Below, one piece after another: positions 8,545-17,214 of a DNA stretch of 34,008 nucleotides. Position 1 is the first letter of the stretch; every line of letters starts with the position of its first letter. The position numbers and the translations under genes are program-made. Below the pieces are notes generated by a model, which saw nothing but the letters and a program-made list of their open reading frames with translations, was not told the DNA's origin and did no database searches. Source of the DNA: a virus (Duplodnaviria > Caudoviricetes); IMG/VR virus record IMGVR_UViG_3300027747_003958, positions 1 through 34,008 of that record. One strand, given 5' to 3'.

Positions 8545-9309
8545 TTATCCAGTGACCCAGGTCAACGGTGTGGAGCCGTCTTTATATGTATTTAGATCTA
8601 ATTCTAAAGCTTCCATTTCTGCCTTGGCTTCTGCTTTGAGTTGACTGCCATTTAGAGCGCTACTGCCCTGTGGTCCAGCAATGGCTGGGAATTTTTCCCT
8701 AGCTTGGCCCAATATCATTTTGGCATTGGCCAGAGCATAATCTTTTAACCATTGCCCTGAATACACATCCTCCAACAAATTGAAGTCGGGTCTATGATTG
8801 TACATCCATACCAAAATGTGCTCGCCAGCATGTGGGCGTTGGTGTATGACCAGTTTGTGACTGGTAGAATTGTAAGAAAAATTTATGTCACTACCAAACA
8901 TTTTGCCCACTTGTTTTTGATAGCCTGCAAACGCATAGTAGGTGGCCAAACCACCCATGTTGGTTGATGCCAAGAGATAGGTGTTGCTGTAGGCCAAATT
9001 AAAGGGTTCAAATATGGTTCCGCCGTCGCCACCGCCAGATCTTGAACCCACGCTTCTTCTAAACAGTTGTCTTATACTGACCACTTCTTTGGGCATGATG
9101 TATTCGTTGGTGTCCAATACTAGATCCAAAAATCCATAGCTTTCCTCCACAGAATTGGAAGCACGTTGCCGATATTTGGCCAGGGCTCGATCTATGGAAA
9201 TATTGTAGTCGCTGGCATCCAGCTCAACATCCACCAAGTTGCCACCTAGAAATGTTTTGATATATTCCACTATCTGTTGTCTAGAATTTTCAGTTTCGCT
9301 GTTGTACAT
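8545..9309 (-). CDS. Neck protein (T4 gp13-like head-tail adaptor)
   Basis: LGGNLVDVEL, IDRAL, WLKDYALANAKMILGQAREKF..I.GP.G...LNG..LK.EA..E match gp13-family motifs. Confidence 0.82.
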   Translation of the reverse strand: MYNSETENSRQQIVEYIKTFLGGNLVDVELDASDYNISIDRALAKYRQRASNSVEESYGFLDLVLDTNEYIMPKEVVSIRQLFRRSVGSRSGGGDGGTIFEPFNLAYSNTYLLASTNMGGLATYYAFAGYQKQVGKMFGSDINFSYNSTSHKLVIHQRPHAGEHILVWMYNHRPDFNLLEDVYSGQWLKDYALANAKMILGQAREKFPAIAGPQGSSALNGSQLKAEAKAEMEALELDLNTYKDGSTPLTWVTG

Positions 9310-9314
9310 AGTTC

Positions 9315-9332
9315 TATTTATGCAAATAAATA
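9315..9332. promoter_or_regulatory. Back-to-back late promoter boxes: TAAATA on minus (9315-9320) and on plus (9327-9332)
   Basis: Plus strand reads cTATTTAtgcaaaTAAATAc between the two divergent neck genes, with only 6 nt between the boxes. Confidence 0.7.
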
Positions 9333-9353
9333 CACTTGAATAGGAGACACAAA

Positions 9354-10550
9354 ATTCCCAAACTGAGTTTATATAGGCCAGAAAAAGGTCTTGACTTTAA
9401 ATTTATAGATCGAACAGTTAATGAACGCTTTCAAGTGGGCGGGGTGGACTGTTTGATACACAAGTATATTGGGCCAGTATCGCCCACGGGGGATACAGTC
9501 ACTCCCACGACCCCAGTGACCAGTCAAAATTCTGTGCCTGAATTGGGCATTCAAGATGTGCTGTTTATGGAAAATCGTGATAGAAAATATGCACCTGATG
9601 TTTATGTGATTAGGGGAATTTACACCATGCAGGATTTGGATTTTAATCTAAGTCAGTTTGGTTTGTTTTTGAACAATGATACCATAATGATGCATTTCCA
9701 TCTTGGAACCAGTGTGCAAGCATTGGCTAGAAAAATAATGCCTGGTGATGTGATTGAACTGCCACACTTGAAAGATGAATATGGTCTCGATGACAATCTA
9801 ACAGCTTTGAGAAGATTTTATGTGGTACAGGAGGTGTCTAGACCCACTGCGGGATTCAGCGTCACCTGGTACCCGCATTTGATCAAGGCCAAATGTGTGC
9901 CGTTGGTTGACAGTCAAGAATTCAATCAAATTTTGGAACAAGATTCTGGAAACAATGACGGCAGTACACTAAGGGATCTCTTATCCACATACAATCAAAA
10001 TATCAAGATAAATGAGCAAATTATCCAACAAGCCACCCAAGACTCGCCCATGAGTGGCTATGAAACTAGAAGTTTTTACGTCATGCCAACAACGGATTTG
10101 ATCAGTGATGCCAGCAATGATTATGACAATGCCAGCATGGATCAGTTGTCCAAAGATGCCAGCATCGTTTTGCAAACTCCCAATAAAAATATATATATAG
10201 GGTATCTAACTGGAGATGGAGTACCACCCAATGGATATCCTTTTGGTTCAGGTGCTGTGTTTCCCTCCGCACCTTCACAGGGCAGTTATTTTTTACGAAC
10301 AGATTATTTTCCCAATGTGCTGTATAGATTTGATGGCACCAATTGGCTGCTGTTTGAACAGAATGTGCGCATGACCATGAATGAATTTGGTGTGCAAGAC
10401 ACAACAGCGGCGCCTTTCATTGGCAATCAAATACGTCAAACACAAAAGGCTTCTTTTATCAACAATGCCACAACCAGCACCATCAATGGTCAAATGGTCA
10501 AAGAAAGACAGGCTTTGAATCAAGCTTTGAAACCAAGAGCCGACAACTAA
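9354..10550 (+). CDS. Neck/head-closure protein (T4 gp14-like) with a C-terminal extension
   Basis: LSQFGLFL, RKIMPGDVIELPHL and WYPHL...C motifs, divergent from the gp13-like gene. The start is probably ATT at 9354 (SD AGGAG at 9342-9346) rather than TTG at 9336. Confidence 0.7.
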   Translation: MPKLSLYRPEKGLDFKFIDRTVNERFQVGGVDCLIHKYIGPVSPTGDTVTPTTPVTSQNSVPELGIQDVLFMENRDRKYAPDVYVIRGIYTMQDLDFNLSQFGLFLNNDTIMMHFHLGTSVQALARKIMPGDVIELPHLKDEYGLDDNLTALRRFYVVQEVSRPTAGFSVTWYPHLIKAKCVPLVDSQEFNQILEQDSGNNDGSTLRDLLSTYNQNIKINEQIIQQATQDSPMSGYETRSFYVMPTTDLISDASNDYDNASMDQLSKDASIVLQTPNKNIYIGYLTGDGVPPNGYPFGSGAVFPSAPSQGSYFLRTDYFPNVLYRFDGTNWLLFEQNVRMTMNEFGVQDTTAAPFIGNQIRQTQKASFINNATTSTINGQMVKERQALNQALKPRADN

Positions 10551-10560
10551 GGGACACAGC

Positions 10561-11982
10561 ATGGATCACTTTTATTCAGGCCAAATACGAAGATATCTCA
10601 CTCAGTTCATGAGAGCCATGAGCAGTTTCAGTTATCAGGACGGGCAGGGCGCACTGCATCAAGTGCCTGTAATGTACGGAGACCCTAATAGGCAAGTGGC
10701 CAATATTTTGAAAAAGAACTCAGAAAACACATTGCCTGCTGCCCCTTTTATTGCCTGTTACATCAAGGCACTGGATTACGACCAAACCAGACTGCAGGAT
10801 CCCACCTTTGTCAGCAAGGTACACATCAAGGAAAGAAGTTTTGATGACAACATAGGAGACTACACCTACACACAGGGTGTGGGCTACACTGTGGAACGCA
10901 TAATGCCCAGTCCTTACAATTTGACACTGACTGCTGACATATGGACCACTAATACAGATCAAAAGCTGCAAATCATTGAACAGTTGGCCTACTTGTTCAA
11001 CCCCAGTTTGGAAATACAAACCACTGACAATTATGTGGATTGGACCAGTTTGACAGTGCTGCAATTGAAGTCTACCGTTTGGTCCACACGTCAAATACCT
11101 CAGGGTGTGGAACAAAATATTGACATAGGCAGTTTGGTATTTGAAACACCCATTTGGATCACACCCCCTGCTAAGGTCAAAAAGTTGGGCATCATTACCA
11201 AAATTATTGCAAATATTTTCAGCGATGATCCCAACACCATAGCCACCAACTACGGTGATTTGAACGCAGTTTATGCAAATTTAGGCACCAGCGAAGCAAG
11301 ATCAGTGGTCACACCAGGCAACTATGATCTCTTAGTGTTGAACAATGTGGGAACTCTTTTGCAAAACAGGGTAGCCACAGGCAGTGCCTACAACTCACAG
11401 CCCACCAGCAAATACAACTGGTACACTCTACTCAATCAATATCCCAACAAATTCAAAGCAGGACTCAGCTATGTCACGCTGAAAACTGCCATGGGATTGG
11501 ACATTGTGGCCTATATAGCTATAGATGCCATTGAAGACACCAAGATACAGTTGACTTTTGATCCAGATACTTTGCCCAGTAACACAGTGATCAATGCGCA
11601 GGTGGGCAACAGTACAGTGAGTAGGGGCACAATTGATGCCATCATCAATCCTGAAACATTTAGACCAGATTTGCCTGCCAATGATACTAGATATTTAATT
11701 TTGGAAAATATAAATCAAGTGTCTGAGTTTGCTGTATCTGCCAGTTATCACGGACCACAGGCTTGGAAAAACAGTGATCAAACCAATTTTCAAGCTCATG
11801 CCAATGACATCATACAGTGGGACGGTGTCAAATGGAACGTGATATTTGACAGCACCGCTGCCACTCAGGTGTACTATGTGACCAACATCTACACAGGTGT
11901 TCAATATGTTTGGCAAAATGACAGTTGGACCAAGAGCTATGAAGGAGCCTATAGTCCTGAAAATTGGAATTTGGTGTTGTGA
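10561..11982 (+). CDS. Tail sheath stabilizer/tail completion protein (T4 gp15-like) with extra C-terminal domains
   Basis: HFYSGQIRRYLTQF, VPVMYG, PSPYNL, QKLQIIEQL..LFNP and FETPIWI.PP. The C-terminus has RYLIL...AW...ANDIIQWDG.KW. Confidence 0.8.
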   Translation: MDHFYSGQIRRYLTQFMRAMSSFSYQDGQGALHQVPVMYGDPNRQVANILKKNSENTLPAAPFIACYIKALDYDQTRLQDPTFVSKVHIKERSFDDNIGDYTYTQGVGYTVERIMPSPYNLTLTADIWTTNTDQKLQIIEQLAYLFNPSLEIQTTDNYVDWTSLTVLQLKSTVWSTRQIPQGVEQNIDIGSLVFETPIWITPPAKVKKLGIITKIIANIFSDDPNTIATNYGDLNAVYANLGTSEARSVVTPGNYDLLVLNNVGTLLQNRVATGSAYNSQPTSKYNWYTLLNQYPNKFKAGLSYVTLKTAMGLDIVAYIAIDAIEDTKIQLTFDPDTLPSNTVINAQVGNSTVSRGTIDAIINPETFRPDLPANDTRYLILENINQVSEFAVSASYHGPQAWKNSDQTNFQAHANDIIQWDGVKWNVIFDSTAATQVYYVTNIYTGVQYVWQNDSWTKSYEGAYSPENWNLVL

Positions 11983-12413
11983 TGCGCGATCAAGTGATCT
12001 GCAGCGGCGGCTTGTTTTTGGCTCAAGACACCATGAGGTTCATGCTACTGCTGAGAACACAGGGAAAAACAGCAGGTACATGGGGTTTGGTGGGCGGCAA
12101 AAAAGAACCAGGCGATGTCACAGCCTCAGATGTGCTGCATCGTGAAATTAGAGAAGAAATTGGCATGATTCCCGAGATCAAAAAAATCATACCACTAGAA
12201 CTGTTTACCAGCAACGACAACAATTTTGAATATAACACATATGTTTTGCTAGTGGGATCTGAGTTTGTGCCCACACTGAATGGTGAGCACAGCAGTTATG
12301 CATGGTGTGCTTTTGATCACTGGCCCAAACCTCTACATCAAGGAGTCAAACACAGTTTGGCTAATAGAGTGGTTCGAGCCAAACTTCAGCTATTGCTGGA
12401 TCTTTTGAATTGA
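11982..12413 (+). CDS. Nudix hydrolase
   Basis: WGLVGGKKEPGDVTASDVLHREIREEIG is a Nudix box variant, followed by LNGEHSSYAW and PLH.G. ATG at 11982 overlaps the upstream stop (TGATG). Confidence 0.88.
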   Translation: MRDQVICSGGLFLAQDTMRFMLLLRTQGKTAGTWGLVGGKKEPGDVTASDVLHREIREEIGMIPEIKKIIPLELFTSNDNNFEYNTYVLLVGSEFVPTLNGEHSSYAWCAFDHWPKPLHQGVKHSLANRVVRAKLQLLLDLLN

Positions 12414-12423
12414 TACAGCTATA

Positions 12424-15400
12424 TCAAAGGTGCTGTGTTTCAAAGGTATGGGTATTGGGACTGGCAGTCCAGTCATAAGTGGAGTTGGGCCAAAACATCA
12501 TGTCCATGCCAGGTGTGGGAGGTGTGTTAAATATCCATCCCGTGTTGTTGCCCGCATCAAAATTGTAATAGGGCACATTGGTACCTCCATAGTAGGTTGA
12601 GTTATATGCATAGCCTGGTCTAAAAGCCGTACCTGACCCTGTGCCCGTGTTCACTGTGCCAGGTGCAAACCAAAGATATTTGTCAATGGCATTGCTGTCT
12701 TTGATGGTCATGTTGTTGACCACACGTCCATCATTGAATGTGCCCCTATGAGGTTTGAGCACAGAAATATTGAATTGATAACTGGGCGAAACACTTTGCA
12801 ACACAGTGTTGTTGGCAGTGTTGTTGTAGCCATACCAATCGCTGTTTGAATCGTATGGTGCAGCAGTGTCGTTGTAGGTGAAATTCACAAAAGTGGTGGT
12901 GCTTTTGGCTGTGAATTTGAATATGGCGGGTCCCAAACCTGATGCTGCCAAATCATCAAACTGTGCTCTTGATGGCACAAGCCCTGTAAAATCCGTACAG
13001 GGGTTGATGGTGATAGTAGGAGTGGGCTCCTCAGAGCTTTTTTTCCAACTGCCAATGGCAATGTTGGTGTATGTGCCCATGTAGGCATTGAACACGCTGC
13101 CATCGTAAAAATATATATAGTTCTCACCATAGCCAGAGTCTGCTGAAAAGTAATTGGTCACCGTGGAGGGAAAAATCACCAAAGAATCAGTGATGCCCAG
13201 GCTGCCCAAATAGAGACTGGCTCCTTGTAGGTACACACGGGTATAGCCACCAAAAGAAGTGGGGCCTATGGTGTCTTGAATGGTCAAACTAGTGGCAGTC
13301 AATGACACTCGATTGTTTGTATATGGATGTGTTCTCACGTCAATGTTACCCCCCATGAACTTCAAATCACCATAATTACCAACCACAATGTACTCGCTGG
13401 TCACATTGGGTACATCTAGGAAGGTATTAAAGTAGTAGGGATATAGTGAGCTGTATCCAGAGGATTGTTTTAATCCTGGCTGATTGGTAAACATCACATA
13501 TTGATACGTGCTGGTACCCACAACCACTGGTATCATTGAGGAGGCGTAAATAGAAATAATGCCACTGCCTTGAAAGTAAAGTTTGGCATCATAGGTAGCA
13601 AATTCGCCACCCATACCCCCTATGCTATAGCCTGTGGATGGTATGATCAATCCTCCCAACTGATCATACACTGAACCCGCAAAATAGTTCAAATTGGAGT
13701 TTCTCAAGGTGTCACTTGCTGGTGATGTATCATTGGCGCAAAAGATCATGCTTGCACCGAAATAAATGCTCATACCTGTTCGTCCTTGCCACGTGTATTC
13801 GCCAAGGTCAAAGTCGTAGCCTTGATATTGACCAAATATCAAAGTTTGCACCAGCATGGGTGATTCTTCTTCCAAATAGGATTCAAATCGAACGCTGCTG
13901 TAGCTATCCATACCATAAGTCGCCTGATCGCTAAAGTCAAAAATCAAGGCATTGAAGTTGGGGCTGGTGCTGGTGCTCACTGCCTCAGTTTGACCTGGTT
14001 GGTGTGGCACCTGATTGCCATAATTCCTCAGAGTTCCTGGTAGAACGGTAACACTGTTAAGGTAATAGTTAGTGAAGTTTATTATGCTTGGAGCATAGGT
14101 CAAATTGGGGTCTGACGGACTCACTGTGGTAATGGTCAAACGTGAGTTATTGCTGGACCACAAAACGCCGCTCCAGCCAGTGATATTGAACGCAATAGGC
14201 TGAATAGTGTAGTTGTCAGTGCCATGCACAAATGTTGATTGTGTTGGGCTGGATGCTGAATCAAAGTTTACAAATTTAAAACTGGGTGCTTGCGCCCGGG
14301 TGTTCAAAGTTTGGTCCACCGTGCCTGCTGTCACATATAGCCCAGCGATGCTTTGTGTTGAGCCTTGAATCACATAGTAGCCGCCCTCTATAATGATGTT
14401 GGGATTGAACTGGCTCAAAACATCTATCTGTGCTGGTTGTGCTGGATTACCGCCACTGAAACGAAATTCAGGTACTAGATTATAGACATTTTGGTTTCTG
14501 TTGCCAGTGAGCATGTTGTCATTTGAAAATAAATGACCCGCTTCCCTGTGGGCTATTTTTACTGTTGTTGGTGGCGTTGACGAATACACGGGATATCCCG
14601 TCAACCTAGAGCCGGCAATGCGTCTTGTATCCAAACCTGCCATCACCACAGTTGTAGAATTGTCCAAAAGAACACGCTGATAAATTTCACCGTTTTGCTT
14701 GATGATCAAATAGCAGGCAGGGCTTCTGCTGATTATGGAACCAAGATGCAGTATTGCGTAACTTTTACTTGTCCATGCTCCATGATTTTTAGTTGTGATG
14801 TTGACTGTGATTGGACCGCCCGACTGCCATTCATACACATAAAAGGCCAGTGCATCAGGAAAGTTCTGTGCGGCAGTGTACCCTATGGTATTGGGATATT
14901 GATTCAGAAGGGTTATGCAATAGTAGTCAGGAGTGTTAAATATCACAAAATCATTTTGGTATGGCCTTTTAGTGGAGCTGCTGTTGTTGTAATTACTGAG
15001 ATCTTTTATTATTGAAGAACTAACATCACTTGATGTTTGATAGTACCCAGCCCAGTTTACGCCAATGGCTATGTTTGGCGGTGTGTCCGATGTACTGGCT
15101 CCAGTCACCAAGTTGCCAGTATCCGAATTCACATACACATTCAATTTGTTGATTGTAGCTGTTATGTCAAAAACATCTGTTTGTATCATGCCGTTGATGT
15201 AAGGCATCAGACCTTCCCTGCTATACTCACTCAAAAAATTGAACAGTATCGTGGGGCTGCCCAAGATAGTAGTGTAATAAGTCGTGTAATAGGGCATGTC
15301 TTTGACTACAAAATAGCCATAATAGTAATTGTTACTTTTGTCAACACTATACCGCAAAAAAATGTCATTGTCACTGTATAAATCTAAGGTGCCCTGGATG

Positions 15401-17202
15401 AGACTGAAGCTTGGGTACTTGATCAATTTAGTGTTTGTTATGCCCAATGCGTCGGCGTTTGCTAGGTGTGTAGTGACTCCATCCCCGTACACTGTGCTGA
15501 TTGTGCCACTCACCAGTTCAAATGACAACCACCAAACTATCTGTGAGCTGCCTGTCAAAAACACATTGGCGGTGTTGTTCTCACAGAAAACCACAGCAGC
15601 GATCATCTGTACATTGCTCACAAAATAGAGATTGACTCCGCTGCTGACGCTGATCACCAACCGATTCAGCTCGGAGGGGTCGGTGTTGGTGGAGGAGGGG
15701 GTGGATGAATACCCATTGAAATTGATGACCCATCCCTCGTAGGTTGTTGCATAATTAGTATTTCCCCTCCATGGCATCCAATTGGATGCCATGCCCGTGG
15801 TGTTGTGCAGGAGGCAAAAAATAGGGTATTTGATGGTGGTGCTGGTGGAATATTTTGCTTGCCAAAGAGAATTGGGATAGTAGCCATTGGCTTCGGCCAA
15901 CGGAGGAAACACAATGTTTTTACAAAAAGTCATTTGTGGGTAGTCGATATCCCATCCAAGTCCATGCTGGCAGCCTGGCCCTGTTGGCAGTGTGCCTGGC
16001 GTGGTGCCATCACATACAAAATCACCCAATAACGGAGAATAACCTTTAGCCACAGCAGAGGGCAGAGAAATTAGGGTTCTTGTGTTCCCAATCGTGTCTG
16101 AGAATCCGTCAATTATGTAGATGTCAATTATATATTGGGACGAAATGTTATTCCGTGAGACCCAACTTGGCCGTTGGTTGGGAGAGGACAATATGCTGTA
16201 GGTATCCGTGTTGTTCACCAAACTGGTTCCAAATCCCAAGTTGTAGATGGGTATATAAACTGTGCGATTTGCACTTCCACTGTATGACCATATGAAAATA
16301 GGGTTTGGCTGACCGTCAAGGCACTGCCACTTTATGCCGCCAAGTAGGGCGCCGCTGGCGCCATCCTGGCCAATGATGCTGAACTTGCCTGAGGTATAAT
16401 CTGTTACCCCATCACCACCACTGATATTGATGTAACTGCGAGCACCGGTGGTGGCATGTTGTTTAAAAATTATTTCAGCATAGTAGTCTATCGAGGACTG
16501 ATTGTAATCTGTTACATACACCAACCCTGCTGTCAAGCTGTATCCATTGAGATCAAATTTTGAACCTTGAAAGGTAAAAAATCTATCGTTGGATAGTACA
16601 AAATCGCTCAACAGCTTGTACTGAGATCCAATTTGCTGATGAAAAAACGATATGCCTATTTCTTTACCGCCGGTGTGCAAAAGCATTGGTTGTTCAACAC
16701 CCTGGGTATTGTATAGACTGTACAAACAAATTCCTCTATATTTGGAGTTGAAGGTACTGGGGTGGTAATATTGAAAAGAACTCTTAGTGGTTACACAATT
16801 GCTGTTGATGGTCAAGGCATTGATGCGCAATACTTTTGTTAGACCAAAAAAAGTGTAGGAGTTCCAACTGTCAGAGCTGGTGGTGCCGCTCAGCATTACA
16901 AAGCTGTTGATGGTCAATGATGCACTGGGGGTGAAATAGAGCCCTCGTAACTTGTACTCGCCAGGCTTTATAGTGATGTTGATTGTGTTGTCAAATTGAC
17001 CAGTGACGGAGTTCCAGTTGCCATTGTTGATGTATGCTGTGTCATAATAATTGAGTGTGGTGTTGGCTGCGGCACCAGGATACGAACCATTATTGGTACC
17101 ATTGGGACTGCCCACTGCCCAATTTAGCGCGGTTGTCCAACTGCCGTCTCCGCCCTTGCCAGTCCAGTAGTACACATATTCTGCTGTTTTGGTGGTTGCC
17201 AT
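12424..17202 (-). CDS. Large adhesin/receptor-binding-like protein (1592 aa), probable beta-helix
   Basis: N-terminal YWTGKGGDGSWTTALNW...P, recurring F/L-x-x-x-G-(T/K/N)-(L/F/I)-D turns, and C-terminal DAGNNTGWIF. It is Y/S/T/N-rich and is the last gene of the fibre run. Confidence 0.6.
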   Translation of the reverse strand: MATTKTAEYVYYWTGKGGDGSWTTALNWAVGSPNGTNNGSYPGAAANTTLNYYDTAYINNGNWNSVTGQFDNTINITIKPGEYKLRGLYFTPSASLTINSFVMLSGTTSSDSWNSYTFFGLTKVLRINALTINSNCVTTKSSFQYYHPSTFNSKYRGICLYSLYNTQGVEQPMLLHTGGKEIGISFFHQQIGSQYKLLSDFVLSNDRFFTFQGSKFDLNGYSLTAGLVYVTDYNQSSIDYYAEIIFKQHATTGARSYINISGGDGVTDYTSGKFSIIGQDGASGALLGGIKWQCLDGQPNPIFIWSYSGSANRTVYIPIYNLGFGTSLVNNTDTYSILSSPNQRPSWVSRNNISSQYIIDIYIIDGFSDTIGNTRTLISLPSAVAKGYSPLLGDFVCDGTTPGTLPTGPGCQHGLGWDIDYPQMTFCKNIVFPPLAEANGYYPNSLWQAKYSTSTTIKYPIFCLLHNTTGMASNWMPWRGNTNYATTYEGWVINFNGYSSTPSSTNTDPSELNRLVISVSSGVNLYFVSNVQMIAAVVFCENNTANVFLTGSSQIVWWLSFELVSGTISTVYGDGVTTHLANADALGITNTKLIKYPSFSLIQGTLDLYSDNDIFLRYSVDKSNNYYYGYFVVKDMPYYTTYYTTILGSPTILFNFLSEYSREGLMPYINGMIQTDVFDITATINKLNVYVNSDTGNLVTGASTSDTPPNIAIGVNWAGYYQTSSDVSSSIIKDLSNYNNSSSTKRPYQNDFVIFNTPDYYCITLLNQYPNTIGYTAAQNFPDALAFYVYEWQSGGPITVNITTKNHGAWTSKSYAILHLGSIISRSPACYLIIKQNGEIYQRVLLDNSTTVVMAGLDTRRIAGSRLTGYPVYSSTPPTTVKIAHREAGHLFSNDNMLTGNRNQNVYNLVPEFRFSGGNPAQPAQIDVLSQFNPNIIIEGGYYVIQGSTQSIAGLYVTAGTVDQTLNTRAQAPSFKFVNFDSASSPTQSTFVHGTDNYTIQPIAFNITGWSGVLWSSNNSRLTITTVSPSDPNLTYAPSIINFTNYYLNSVTVLPGTLRNYGNQVPHQPGQTEAVSTSTSPNFNALIFDFSDQATYGMDSYSSVRFESYLEEESPMLVQTLIFGQYQGYDFDLGEYTWQGRTGMSIYFGASMIFCANDTSPASDTLRNSNLNYFAGSVYDQLGGLIIPSTGYSIGGMGGEFATYDAKLYFQGSGIISIYASSMIPVVVGTSTYQYVMFTNQPGLKQSSGYSSLYPYYFNTFLDVPNVTSEYIVVGNYGDLKFMGGNIDVRTHPYTNNRVSLTATSLTIQDTIGPTSFGGYTRVYLQGASLYLGSLGITDSLVIFPSTVTNYFSADSGYGENYIYFYDGSVFNAYMGTYTNIAIGSWKKSSEEPTPTITINPCTDFTGLVPSRAQFDDLAASGLGPAIFKFTAKSTTTFVNFTYNDTAAPYDSNSDWYGYNNTANNTVLQSVSPSYQFNISVLKPHRGTFNDGRVVNNMTIKDSNAIDKYLWFAPGTVNTGTGSGTAFRPGYAYNSTYYGGTNVPYYNFDAGNNTGWIFNTPPTPGMDMMFWPNSTYDWTASPNTHTFETQHL

Positions 17203-17214
17203 GCCTGATACCTG

